A stretch of DNA of 60,844 bases, filler included. It is 8 parts of 8 records of this genome, joined end to end, with 100 filler letters (N's around TTAATTAATTAA, not from the genome) between each part and the next. Parts side by side here need not be neighbours in the genome. Positions count along the whole stretch, not along the records: positions 48,118 to 53,966 come from SRR31156797_15482; positions 54,067 to 60,844 come from SRR31156797_15500; 6 more parts are not named here. The stretch is one strand, 5' to 3'. This document shows, piece after piece, positions 48,921 through 58,486 of the stretch. The translations under genes were made by a program, and so were the position numbers. The notes beneath the pieces were generated by a model, which did no database searches, had not been told where the DNA came from, and saw nothing but the letters and a program-made list of their open reading frames with translations. Each line of letters starts with the position of its first letter. Within the stretch, counting starts at the first letter, position 1.

Positions 48921-49760
48921 TTATTCTTTGCAATCACACGGATTGAAACTCTTATTATACTGACTCATTGCCCTGTAACTCATACCCATACTTGAGAAAC
49001 CACCATCGTGGAATAAATTCTGCATGGTTACTTTTTTTGTCAAGTCTGAGAAAAGTGTAATACAGAAGTTTGCACATTCCTGAGCATCTGCATTTCCTAA
49101 TGGTGACATTCTTTCTGAAAAGTCAATTAACGAGTCAAAACCTTTAACTCCACTACCTGCAGTAGTCATTGTTGGAGATTGAGAAATTGTATTCACACGA
49201 ACTCTCTTCTCGCGACCATAAATGTAACCAAAACTACGCGCAATAGATTCAAGCATAGCTTTGGCATCAGCCATATCGTTATACTCGAACATAGTTCTCT
49301 GTGCAGCTGCATATGACAATGCTACTACTGATCCCCATTCATTAATGGCATCTAGTTTTTTAGCCGATTGCAATACTTTATGGAATGATGTTGCAGAAAC
49401 ATCTAAGGTCTTTTTAAGATACTCGTAATTTAAATCATCGTAAGCGTGCCCCTTACGAACATTAGGAGACATACCGATAGAATGCAAAACGAAATCAACT
49501 TTTCCGCCCAAAACTTCCATAGATTTGGTAAACAATTCGTCTAAATCTTTAGGATTGGTTGCATCGGCAGGAATTACTTGTGCATTGCATTTCTTAGCCA
49601 ATTCATCGATAGTTCCCATACGAATAGAAACAGGAGTATTTGTTAAAACAATCTCTGCTCCTTCAGCAACTGCTAATTCTGCAACTTTCCAGGCAATTGA
49701 CATATCATTCAAAGCCCCGAAAATAATACCCTTTTTTCCTTTTAATAAATTATAAGACAT
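48921..49760 (-). CDS. fabI: Enoyl-ACP reductase
   Basis: IFGALNDMSIAW, LHSIGMS, YNDMADAK, NTISQSPT, HDGG (Bacteroidetes FabI). Confidence 0.93.
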   Translation of the reverse strand: MSYNLLKGKKGIIFGALNDMSIAWKVAELAVAEGAEIVLTNTPVSIRMGTIDELAKKCNAQVIPADATNPKDLDELFTKSMEVLGGKVDFVLHSIGMSPNVRKGHAYDDLNYEYLKKTLDVSATSFHKVLQSAKKLDAINEWGSVVALSYAAAQRTMFEYNDMADAKAMLESIARSFGYIYGREKRVRVNTISQSPTMTTAGSGVKGFDSLIDFSERMSPLGNADAQECANFCITLFSDLTKKVTMQNLFHDGGFSSMGMSYRAMSQYNKSFNPCDCKE

Positions 49761-49877
49761 AATTTGAAATTTTCAATTTTTCAGCCTCAAAGATAACCAT
49801 TAAATTCCATAATGATTCCAAATAAGCGCATTAATTAAGACTGAATAAATTCTTTAATTGAAAATGCAAATTATTAT

Positions 49878-51533
49878 TTAGCTATCCAACAACACCTTAG
49901 CATTATCAAGTGCTGCTTGTGTAAGGTCTGCACCACTCAACATCTTAGCCAACTCTTCGAGACGACTTTGCTTATCGAGAAGTACAATATTTGAATAGGT
50001 TTCACGCTCGTCATCTGCTTTGTATACCTTGTAGTGATATTTACCCTTTCCTGCAATTTGAGGTAGGTGAGTAATACTTATTACCTGAATATTTTCTGCC
50101 ATTTGAGTCATCATAGCACCCATTTTATCAGCTATTTCTCCTGAAACTCCAGTATCAATTTCATCAAAAACAATAGAAGGCAAAGCGGTTGATGATGATA
50201 CTAAATACTTAATACTTAGCATCAAACGAGACAATTCACCACCTGAAGCAACACGCTGTACCTCTTCAAGGTTACCATTCTTATTGGCACTAAACAAAAA
50301 GCACAAGTTATCTGCTCCTAAATACTGAAAATCTTCGTTATTAGAAATTTGAATCTTAAAATTAGCATTAGGTATTCCCAATTGTACCAATTGTGTAACA
50401 ATAGTTTTCTCTATATCTGGGATGGCTCTTTTTCTGCTATTTGTAAGGCTTACAGCTGCTTTATTTAGCTTTTTTATTTGTTCTTCTAATTGTTTCTTCA
50501 AATCTTCAATTAAATCATCACTTGATTCTATCTTCCCAACTTTCAGATTCAATTCTTCTCTAATTTGAATCAATTCATCTATACTATCTACTCTATGTTT
50601 TTGTTGCAAAGAGTAAATTGCATCCAATCGCTGATTTAAGAAATCTATTCTGTTCGCATCAAATTCAACCAATTCATTACTGCGGTCCAATTCCTGAGCC
50701 AAATCCTGCAATTCGATATAGGAACTTTCGAATCTCTTATAATAATCATTTGCCTCAGGAAATACATTCTGAATTTGAGACATGGCATTTCTAGCTTCTC
50801 TCAATTGTGAAATAATGGAACCATCTCCCTCCGAAAGATGTCCGTATGAAGTATACAAAGCAGATTTAATCTCTTCCGCATGACTTAAAGTTTCCAACTC
50901 TGACTCCATTTCTCTTTGTTCACCCTCTACCAGGTTAGCTTCAAGTAATTGTTCCAGTTGAAATTGAAAATAATCCAAATCAGCTTTCTCTTTTTCTGCA
51001 AGTTCAGACTGACGTTTTAGTTCCTTTTTCAGGTTCCGAAATTCAGTATATTGCTTTTGATACTTTAAAAGCAAGTCTGAATTCTTTGCGTAAGTATCAA
51101 CTATTCCTATCTGATATTCGAAACTACCCAAAACCAAATTCTGATTCTGACTGTGAATATCAACCAATCGAACTCCAAGCTCTTTAAGAATTTTTAAATT
51201 TACAGGTGAATCATTTACAAAAGCACGGGTTTTCCCATTAGGAGCAATTTCACGACGTACCAACATCTCCTTTTCGTAATCCAAGTCATACTCCTCAAAA
51301 AAGTTTTCTAATTTGTATTTGGCTATAGAGAATGAACATTCAATTACACATTTTTTATCCCTATTCTTAAGAACATTGCCTTCGACTCTTTGTCCCAAAA
51401 CAAGCGATAAAGCACCTAATAAAATCGATTTCCCCGAACCCGTTTCTCCCGTAATTACAGAAAATCCATCAGAAAAATCTATTTCCAGGTGATTAATAAG
51501 TGCGAAGTTTTGAATCGAAATTGACTGAAGCAT
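49878..51533 (-). CDS. recN: DNA repair protein RecN
   Basis: TGETGSGKS, ASGGELSR, FDEIDTGVSG, ITHLPQIA. Confidence 0.97.
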   Translation of the reverse strand: MLQSISIQNFALINHLEIDFSDGFSVITGETGSGKSILLGALSLVLGQRVEGNVLKNRDKKCVIECSFSIAKYKLENFFEEYDLDYEKEMLVRREIAPNGKTRAFVNDSPVNLKILKELGVRLVDIHSQNQNLVLGSFEYQIGIVDTYAKNSDLLLKYQKQYTEFRNLKKELKRQSELAEKEKADLDYFQFQLEQLLEANLVEGEQREMESELETLSHAEEIKSALYTSYGHLSEGDGSIISQLREARNAMSQIQNVFPEANDYYKRFESSYIELQDLAQELDRSNELVEFDANRIDFLNQRLDAIYSLQQKHRVDSIDELIQIREELNLKVGKIESSDDLIEDLKKQLEEQIKKLNKAAVSLTNSRKRAIPDIEKTIVTQLVQLGIPNANFKIQISNNEDFQYLGADNLCFLFSANKNGNLEEVQRVASGGELSRLMLSIKYLVSSSTALPSIVFDEIDTGVSGEIADKMGAMMTQMAENIQVISITHLPQIAGKGKYHYKVYKADDERETYSNIVLLDKQSRLEELAKMLSGADLTQAALDNAKVLLDS

Positions 51534-51603
51534 ATTAGTACGAATGAAATGTAATTTTTGACAAAAATAATCAATCAGAAATCATTTACTAGTCCTGTTT
51601 TTA

Positions 51604-52500
51604 TTATTGACCAATGATTTTATTGTATTTTTTAATATTAGCGGGATCTATCTCATTGAGAATATTGAAAACACGTTTCTTTTCGTCAGAGAAAGACTCT
51701 GAGAAAATATGCACCAACTCATCGGCTTTAGCATCGAAAAAGATCTTTAAAATAAATGCTCCTGGTTTGGCTCTGTATGCTTTTTGAAGCAAACGCATAC
51801 TTTCAGCAATTTCAGCTCTCGATTCCGTCAAATGATCAGACATTCTATCCAAACCCAATCGATGATATCTATACAAACATTCACGAACAGGACTGTATGC
51901 ATTATTTAAAACATTCTCAATCAACCAATATCTATTATCACGACTCTCGTAAGCTTTCCAACCTGGCACATTCGAATTTTGCATCTTATTTACAATAGCT
52001 TCTGCCCTTGAAAAATAAGGAGTTCCTCCATCCATTGCGAAAGTGTCATAATCCAAACCAAGAATTAAATTTGCGTAAAAAGCCAACAATCCAGTTAGGT
52101 TAGTTGGTGTTACAGTTTCATTAAAATCAATTGATTGATATTCGACATATTTAAATTGTACATCATCATCTTTAAAATTTAACAAAACCGTATTGTAAGA
52201 AGAGTTGTAAACCGGACGGCTTGCCTGAACCTGTACACTTCCTCGAAACTCATCAGCCGATATTTGCTCAGTTAAATTAAACAGAAATGTACATTCTATT
52301 CTTTCATCATAACTATAAACATGATCAGTCCAGCGGCGAGAATTCATGAACTCATTAATAGCAGTTTGCATGGTTCTAAAAACCTGCTTATTAGTTCCTT
52401 GAATTTGCTGACTAACTATCTGAATATTACATCTTAATTCTTGAGAAAAAACAGGAAATGACAGTAAACAAACCAGTAACAGTACAAAAATTTTACGCAT
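51604..52500 (-). CDS. DUF4835-family (PorD-like) exported protein
   Basis: Signal peptide, QELRCNI, RPVYNSSY, LGLDYDTF, FFDAKADE; usual coaBC-DUF4835-recN synteny of Bacteroidetes. Confidence 0.8.
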   Translation of the reverse strand: MRKIFVLLLVCLLSFPVFSQELRCNIQIVSQQIQGTNKQVFRTMQTAINEFMNSRRWTDHVYSYDERIECTFLFNLTEQISADEFRGSVQVQASRPVYNSSYNTVLLNFKDDDVQFKYVEYQSIDFNETVTPTNLTGLLAFYANLILGLDYDTFAMDGGTPYFSRAEAIVNKMQNSNVPGWKAYESRDNRYWLIENVLNNAYSPVRECLYRYHRLGLDRMSDHLTESRAEIAESMRLLQKAYRAKPGAFILKIFFDAKADELVHIFSESFSDEKKRVFNILNEIDPANIKKYNKIIGQ

Positions 52501-52537
52501 AATTATATATTCAAAAGATTACAGCTAAAGTTAAAAA

Positions 52538-53212
52538 TTAAAACGAAACAGTTGAAGAATTATTCTCCACAAAATCAATTAATTCATTTACAATATCTTT
52601 CGCGACCTCCGATTTGAGCTTTAAATCAAAACGCTTAGCAGTTCCTTTATTATTTATAATTGATATCTTATTCGTATCGTGCTGGAAACCCGCTCCTTTA
52701 TCATTTAACGAGTTTAGAACTATAAAATCTAAGTTCTTCTTCTCCAACTTTAGTTTGGCGTTAAAATCCTCATCATTGGTTTCCAATGCAAAACCTACTA
52801 AAAATTGTTTGTCTGTTTTCAACTGCCCTAATGAGGCTGCGATATCCTTTGTTGGAGTCAATTCTATGGAGTAATTCTCTTTGCCTCTTTTCACCTTTTT
52901 ATCCATTGGATCAAGTGGTGTAAAATCAGCTACCGCGGCAGTCATAATTCCCCCATCACAATCAGAAAAATGCTCAACAGTGGCTTGATACATTTCTTTG
53001 GCCGAGACAACATCAATTCTCTCAATATTTGAATGCGTTGTTTGTTGTGAAGTTGGTCCACTTATTAAAACAACATGGGCGCCATTATCAGCTAATTCTT
53101 CTGCAATGGCATAACCCATTTTTCCTGATGAAAAATTTCCGATAAATCTTACCGGATCAATTTTTTCGTAAGTTGGACCTGTCGTAATCAGGATTCTCTT
53201 ATTACTTAACTT
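52538..53212 (-). CDS. coaB: CoaB (PPC ligase) half of CoaBC, reachable only by a -1 shift in the A10 run
   Basis: The -1 frame reads KLSNKRILITTGPTYEKIDPVRFIGNFSSGKMG..AAVADF..VGFALET; no start codon precedes the conserved N-terminal motif. Confidence 0.9.
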   Translation of the reverse strand, partial: KLSNKRILITTGPTYEKIDPVRFIGNFSSGKMGYAIAEELADNGAHVVLISGPTSQQTTHSNIERIDVVSAKEMYQATVEHFSDCDGGIMTAAVADFTPLDPMDKKVKRGKENYSIELTPTKDIAASLGQLKTDKQFLVGFALETNDEDFNAKLKLEKKNLDFIVLNSLNDKGAGFQHDTNKISIINNKGTAKRFDLKLKSEVAKDIVNELIDFVENNSSTVSF

Positions 53213-53763
53213 TTTTTTTTATTCTCGAAGAAATCACTCAGCTTTTTAGCAATAATTTCAGGCTCCTCCATTCTACCCTTTCCATACAAACCACTAGCCA
53301 ATTCTCCACTCGATGGTTCGATAAAAGAATCTCCATATGATCGTAAGATATCCATGTTACGAAGAGTTGCCGGATGCTTAAACATGTCCAAATCCATAGC
53401 CGGAGCATGAATAACTGGACATTTTGCCGATAAATATGTTGTAAGTAACAAATTATCACAAATACCATGAGCCATTTTTGCCATTGTATTGGCAGTAGTT
53501 GGAGCTACTAATAAAGCATCTGCCCAAATCCCTAAATCGACATGACTGTTCCACTCACCATCATCGTGCTTGAAAAAATCCGATAGAACCGTATTCTTCG
53601 ACAAGGTTGCCATTGTTACTGGCGATATAAACTCTTTTGCATAAGGAGTCATTATTACCTTAACAGTTGCTCCTTCTTTAACTAATAATCGCACTAAAGT
53701 TGCAGCTTTATATGCTGCAATACTTGCCGTAACACCAAGTAAGATATTTTTACCTTTTAACAT
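53206..53763 (-). CDS. coaC: CoaC (PPC decarboxylase flavoprotein) half of CoaBC
   Basis: GVTASIAAYKA, SHVDLG, APTTAN, APAMD, LASGLYGKGRM; ends NKKKS* just after the A10 run. Confidence 0.92.
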   Translation of the reverse strand: MLKGKNILLGVTASIAAYKAATLVRLLVKEGATVKVIMTPYAKEFISPVTMATLSKNTVLSDFFKHDDGEWNSHVDLGIWADALLVAPTTANTMAKMAHGICDNLLLTTYLSAKCPVIHAPAMDLDMFKHPATLRNMDILRSYGDSFIEPSSGELASGLYGKGRMEEPEIIAKKLSDFFENKKKS

Positions 53764-53829
53764 AAGCTCAAGTTAAAATAAAAAAAGTTCCCTCTTGTTA
53801 AAAAAGGGAACCTGAAAACTATCTAGTTA

Positions 53830-53966
53830 TTACTCTTCTGTTTTTGCTTCTTTCGCAGGATTTCTGTAATAAATATCTCCATTGATAAACTCCTCAACTG
53901 CAATTAGAGTTGGCTTTGGAAGTCTTTCGTAGTACTTAGAGATTTCAATCTGCTCACGATTTTCAA
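53830..53966 (-). CDS. rpoZ: RNA polymerase omega subunit, Bacteroidetes type (5' truncated)
   Basis: ENREQIEISKYYERLPKPTLIAVEEFINGDIYYRNP; upstream of coaBC. Confidence 0.85.
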
Positions 53967-54066
53967 NNNNNNNNNNNNNNNNNNNNNNNNNNNNNNNNNN
54001 NNNNNNNNNNTTAATTAATTAANNNNNNNNNNNNNNNNNNNNNNNNNNNNNNNNNNNNNNNNNNNN

Positions 54067-55068
54067 AAAAAGGGAACCTTTCTTACTTTTGCTCTTATCA
54101 TCATTGCATCTATTTCCGTAGCAATAATTTTCATCGTGTTCTTTTTGCTTATAAGAGCAATCATTCAGCCGATAACTGTTACAAGAGATAAACTCGAAGA
54201 ACTTTCCATGCATGGAGGGGACCTGTCACATTTCCTTCCTGTAGTTTCTCATGATGAAGTTGGCGAAATGACTAAAAGTTTTAATGCTTTTTTAAAAAAC
54301 CTCCGCCATATTGTCGGAACAGTTAAGGACTCAACAGAAGAGTTAAACAGCATTAGTCACTCAATATCATCCGGAACCACAGATGCATCTTCAAAAATAT
54401 CTGAAACGAGTGCATTTACAGACGATATTTCTGCCAGACTGTCTGAAGCTACGAACCAGATAATCCTCACAGTAGAAAGTATGGAAAAAGTAACAAAGAT
54501 AATTTCAGGTGTTTCAAAAAAATCTGATAAAAGCTCGAGATCATTAAACGATGCTCTTGACTCTATGGTTGATATTCAAAGTGCAAGTAAAGAGATCACA
54601 GAGATAAATGAAGTTGTTAATGAGATCGCTTTCCAGATAAACATCCTTTCCCTGAATGCAGCAATAGAGGCTGCCAGAGCCGGTGAATACGGAAAAGGTT
54701 TTGCTGTCGTTGCAGAAGAGGTTAGAGAGCTTTCTATAAAAACCACTGAATCTGCATCCAAGATCAAACAGCTTATACACACCACAAACAAAAAGATCGA
54801 TTCCGGGTCAAAACTTGTTAAGCAGACATCATCCATGCTTATTGAGATCCTTATGGAATTTAAATCTATTTTTAATGAAATAGACCGAAGAACAGGTGAG
54901 TTAAAAAGCAACTCTGAAAGAATAGAACAGATCGATAAAGCTGTTGAAAATGTTCGAAATATCATTAATGAGAACGCCGCATACATTGAAGAAATGGCTG
55001 CAGCCTCGGAAGATATGGCTAATCACGTAAAATCTCTTCACGGAGAGGTAAAACGTTTTAAGGTATAA
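54067..55068 (+). CDS. Methyl-accepting chemotaxis protein (TM2-HAMP-signalling, 5' truncated)
   Basis: GDLS..DEVGEM HAMP; IAFQINILSLNAAIEAARAGEYGKGFAVVAEEVR. Confidence 0.93.
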   Translation, partial: KKGTFLTFALIIIASISVAIIFIVFFLLIRAIIQPITVTRDKLEELSMHGGDLSHFLPVVSHDEVGEMTKSFNAFLKNLRHIVGTVKDSTEELNSISHSISSGTTDASSKISETSAFTDDISARLSEATNQIILTVESMEKVTKIISGVSKKSDKSSRSLNDALDSMVDIQSASKEITEINEVVNEIAFQINILSLNAAIEAARAGEYGKGFAVVAEEVRELSIKTTESASKIKQLIHTTNKKIDSGSKLVKQTSSMLIEILMEFKSIFNEIDRRTGELKSNSERIEQIDKAVENVRNIINENAAYIEEMAAASEDMANHVKSLHGEVKRFKV

Positions 55069-55081
55069 AAGGGAGAAGCTC

Positions 55082-55969
55082 ATGAGAAAGATCGTTTTTT
55101 TTATGCTGGTGTTTTTGCTGGTATGTTCCTGTGACAATGAAACGGACCTTTGTCAAGGTGACACTGTTCTTGACAGAAGGACAGGACTTACAGCGTCACC
55201 ATCCTATGGCTTGTGCATACAGAAAACCTGTGAAGGAGAAGAAGGCGAACTTTGCTGCAGTTCAGAAATTATCGAAGATGGCAAATGTCTTTCCGGGAAA
55301 AAACCTGGAGAACCTTGCGGTGTTATAGCCGACTGTGAAGCTGACGCTCCAATTTGTCTTAAAGACCCTGTTATCTTAAGTTCTTTTATTAAGCAGGGCA
55401 CCGAGATCGGCATAGATCTTACAGAAGAAATGCTCACAGAGACTTTCGGTCTAAACTACTGTACTGTAATGAACTGCGATCCGGACCCTAAAAAACCTGC
55501 TGACCCAAAAAACCCGGTAACATGCCCTGAAAAAATGACATGTTCAGATAGTTTAAGCGGAGCGAGCACCGGAGTTTTTATTTGTCAAAAAGACATTGAA
55601 GAGGATATTGAAAACACTGACGAAAGTAGCGACACTAATGACATAAACAATGATGACATAAACAATGATGAAGGCGAAACTGATGATTCAGATTCTGCCC
55701 AGGCCTATACATGCCATGGCGAAGAGTGCACTACTCACGAAAACTGCCCGTCAGAGAGCTGTGATGCGACATTTTGTACTGGCGAGTTGCCGGCATTTGT
55801 TCTTGGTGACGGACCAAAAGTCTGTGTTGTCAAGTGTGATCCTGATGCACCTGAATGCCCTGAAGGGTTAGTCTGCAACGGAGGTGTTGCATCTCTTGGG
55901 GAAGAAATATCTGATGGAGCAAAAGGAATCTGTGTTACCCCTGATTCAATATTTAGGGGGAACAAATGA
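55082..55969 (+). CDS. Cys-rich lipoprotein (26 Cys; two related modules separated by an acidic linker)
   Basis: Lipobox VCSC; repeated C..CDPD..CPE..C..IC pattern; GGGAG RBS. Confidence 0.75.
   Translation: MRKIVFFMLVFLLVCSCDNETDLCQGDTVLDRRTGLTASPSYGLCIQKTCEGEEGELCCSSEIIEDGKCLSGKKPGEPCGVIADCEADAPICLKDPVILSSFIKQGTEIGIDLTEEMLTETFGLNYCTVMNCDPDPKKPADPKNPVTCPEKMTCSDSLSGASTGVFICQKDIEEDIENTDESSDTNDINNDDINNDEGETDDSDSAQAYTCHGEECTTHENCPSESCDATFCTGELPAFVLGDGPKVCVVKCDPDAPECPEGLVCNGGVASLGEEISDGAKGICVTPDSIFRGNK
55638..55667 (+). repeat. 15-bp in-frame tandem duplication
   Basis: ATGACATAAACAATG x2 encoding DINND repeats in the linker. Confidence 0.8.
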
Positions 55970-56286
55970 GAAAAGAGATTCTTCTTTTAATTTTATGTGC
56001 AGTTGTTCTATCCTTCTTTGCAAGTCTTTCAGCTGGAGATGCGCAGTCTAGGAACACTTTTATCTCAAAATGCGGACAGTGCCACAAGACAGGCGGTACA
56101 GCTCCAATTTTTGCTCCGACTAAATATGCAGCTAAACAATGGGAAAGGTTCTTTTCCAGAAATAAACATCAGCGAAAAAAAGACATTAGTGACAAGGTAA
56201 CACAGAAAGAACTGGATATCATCGAGAAGTACCTCATAAACCATGCAGCAGACAGCTCTCAGCCGGAAGCTGCTGGCCTTAAGTAA
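55966..56286 (+). CDS. Small monoheme c-type cytochrome
   Basis: Signal peptide, CGQCH, QWERFF..H, HAADS C-terminal motif. Confidence 0.88.
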   Translation: MRKEILLLILCAVVLSFFASLSAGDAQSRNTFISKCGQCHKTGGTAPIFAPTKYAAKQWERFFSRNKHQRKKDISDKVTQKELDIIEKYLINHAADSSQPEAAGLK

Positions 56287-56291
56287 AGGAG

Positions 56292-57893
56292 ATGACTATG
56301 ATTAAAATAAAAATATTCTCTCTAATTATACTTTTTACTTTTTTCGCGGGTGCACAGGAAACAGTTAAAACTGAAGAGACTGCTCAACCTGAAACTGTTG
56401 AAGAAAAGAGTCCTGAAAAAGCTCCGATAGAAACAGAGAAAAAAAAGGAGAAAGAGCCCACTGTTGCTTCAAAAAATCCCGTTGAGCAAGAAAATGAAGA
56501 GCTAAAGAAAAAAATTGCCTTGAACGAAGAACGGTTAGACGAGCTGGAAGAAAGACTTGACGGCGTTGAAAAAGCAACTCTCGTTGACAGGGTAAGCTTG
56601 TCAATGGACGTTAGAGTGGCCGTCCATAATTTCATATACAAAGATGATTCATCTGAAAAAACAAAAGAGCAGGGCCTATTCAAAAAAGATGGCGAGACTT
56701 ATGGGCTTTTTTCAATGATGGGCAGACTTAAAATGGTTGCAAACCTTGGAGACACTTTAAAATTCACAGGCTGGCTTTCCATGTATAAGCAGTTTAACGA
56801 ATCGTCTCCTTACAGATATCACAATCTTGATCTAAATCCGAACTATGACATGGGAATTTCTAAATATCCCGGCGACTCAAGAGTTTATTTTGAAAGACTT
56901 TTTATTGATTGGTACATAACTAAATGGCTTGCTCTTTCAGGAGGAAGAGGTCCGGGAACAGAAGGCTCACCTTCAGATCTTAGATATGACACTGTAGAAT
57001 TAAGCTCATTTCCGGAATCAATGATCTCATCACCAGTTGACGGCTTCTATCTGACATTAAATATTGGAGCAATATCCTCACTAAAAAACACTTATTTGAG
57101 ATTGTTCTACGTCCCTCAAGTTATGGTTACCGATGACATTACAAACACCTTTTTTATAACGCAGGATAATCCATACCTTCATTTCTTCGGATTTAATTTC
57201 AGCATGCAGATTCCAAAAACCACAGGTGGAAAAATGTTCTTAACTGCCGGATTCACACCAAACATGGTTACAGGGGAACAGCATGCCGATCTTGACGGTG
57301 ACGGTGAAGAGGAAAAACTTCATGTTGCAAAATACCAGGCGAAGCTTCTTGCTTGGAATGTCCATTTTAAATTTAAGGAAGTTTTCAACTCACCTATTGA
57401 TATCTTTTTTGGCACTGGTGGCTCTACTATTTTTCCACAAGCAAGAAATCAGCAAGATCTAAATGCCGGGTTTGTAGGAACACCTATTGATGAAGAGTCC
57501 GGACTGTCCACCCCTCTTTATTCAATCTTAGGAAATAAACTTGATGGAAAACCTCTTGTCGGAATTACCGCCTATGCAGGGTTTAGGATCAGCCTTCCCC
57601 TTGAGATTGACAGTAGCAAAGTTAAGATCGGTGCTGATTACAACTACGGGTCAAAAAACTTCTTCATGTACTACGCTCCTGACTTTACGGGAACAAATAG
57701 ATTTGCAATAAAAGGGCACCATACTGAAGGATACATCATTATCCCTCTTCACAGAAAAGCTAACATCAAGATCTGCTATCTTTTTGAAAAACATGATCAT
57801 GCTTTCACGCTTTTTGCTCCTGTGGGGGAAGGCCTTGATACGATCGATGAAAAGATCCACGGGTTCTTTTTTATGCTTAACGCCTATTTTTAA
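56292..57893 (+). CDS. Outer-membrane beta-barrel with N-terminal coiled coil (DUF3373-like)
   Basis: Signal peptide, coiled coil (EELKKKIALNEERLDELEERLD), RLSMYK-like LSMYK, ERLFIDW, GRGPGTEG, C-terminal YF. Confidence 0.7.
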   Translation: MTMIKIKIFSLIILFTFFAGAQETVKTEETAQPETVEEKSPEKAPIETEKKKEKEPTVASKNPVEQENEELKKKIALNEERLDELEERLDGVEKATLVDRVSLSMDVRVAVHNFIYKDDSSEKTKEQGLFKKDGETYGLFSMMGRLKMVANLGDTLKFTGWLSMYKQFNESSPYRYHNLDLNPNYDMGISKYPGDSRVYFERLFIDWYITKWLALSGGRGPGTEGSPSDLRYDTVELSSFPESMISSPVDGFYLTLNIGAISSLKNTYLRLFYVPQVMVTDDITNTFFITQDNPYLHFFGFNFSMQIPKTTGGKMFLTAGFTPNMVTGEQHADLDGDGEEEKLHVAKYQAKLLAWNVHFKFKEVFNSPIDIFFGTGGSTIFPQARNQQDLNAGFVGTPIDEESGLSTPLYSILGNKLDGKPLVGITAYAGFRISLPLEIDSSKVKIGADYNYGSKNFFMYYAPDFTGTNRFAIKGHHTEGYIIIPLHRKANIKICYLFEKHDHAFTLFAPVGEGLDTIDEKIHGFFFMLNAYF

Positions 57894-58486
57894 TGAAGGG
57901 AACCTTTAACTTTTTTGAGAAACACGTCTCTTCCTTTTTACTGTTTCTCTCAATTTCACTTGCAATATCTAATATTTTCTCAAAAGGCGACCCTGCGATC
58001 TACTTTTCTAAACCATGGCTCATTGTTTTTCTTGTTTCCGGAATCTACACATTTATTGTCACGGCAATAAAACTTTATAAAAAGGATCTTCTAAAAGGGT
58101 CGATCTTATTTCTGACAACACTTTTCCTCTTCTTTTATTTTTTAAACATCTCCAGCTTTGATCATGAGTATATTTCTGTTAAGGATTTTGATCCTGCGAG
58201 CTCATCTTTATTAAAAAATGAGAGGGTTCTTCTTTTAGAGCATGGATTTGGAAATACAGAAAAACTAAAAAACTATGAAAAAGCGACCTTCATTTATAAC
58301 TCTGAGGAGATCATTGTAGAGCTGAACAAGCCGCTAAAGCTAAAAAATAACAAAAAGATCCTTTTAACCGGTAATGGAAAAGATCTCCTAGTCACCAGAT
58401 CCGAGTTCTTAACTGAAATGGTGCTAACGGCACTAGGTATCATGTTCTTATCAATTGTTCTTATAGGAAAGCGATGGAAGCATTGA
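57893..58486 (+). CDS. Reduced ResB/CcsB-like membrane protein
   Basis: Three N-terminal TM segments (IYFSKPW), short periplasmic part with VELNKPL, C-terminal TM; overlaps ccsA. Confidence 0.55.
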   Translation: MKGTFNFFEKHVSSFLLFLSISLAISNIFSKGDPAIYFSKPWLIVFLVSGIYTFIVTAIKLYKKDLLKGSILFLTTLFLFFYFLNISSFDHEYISVKDFDPASSSLLKNERVLLLEHGFGNTEKLKNYEKATFIYNSEEIIVELNKPLKLKNNKKILLTGNGKDLLVTRSEFLTEMVLTALGIMFLSIVLIGKRWKH

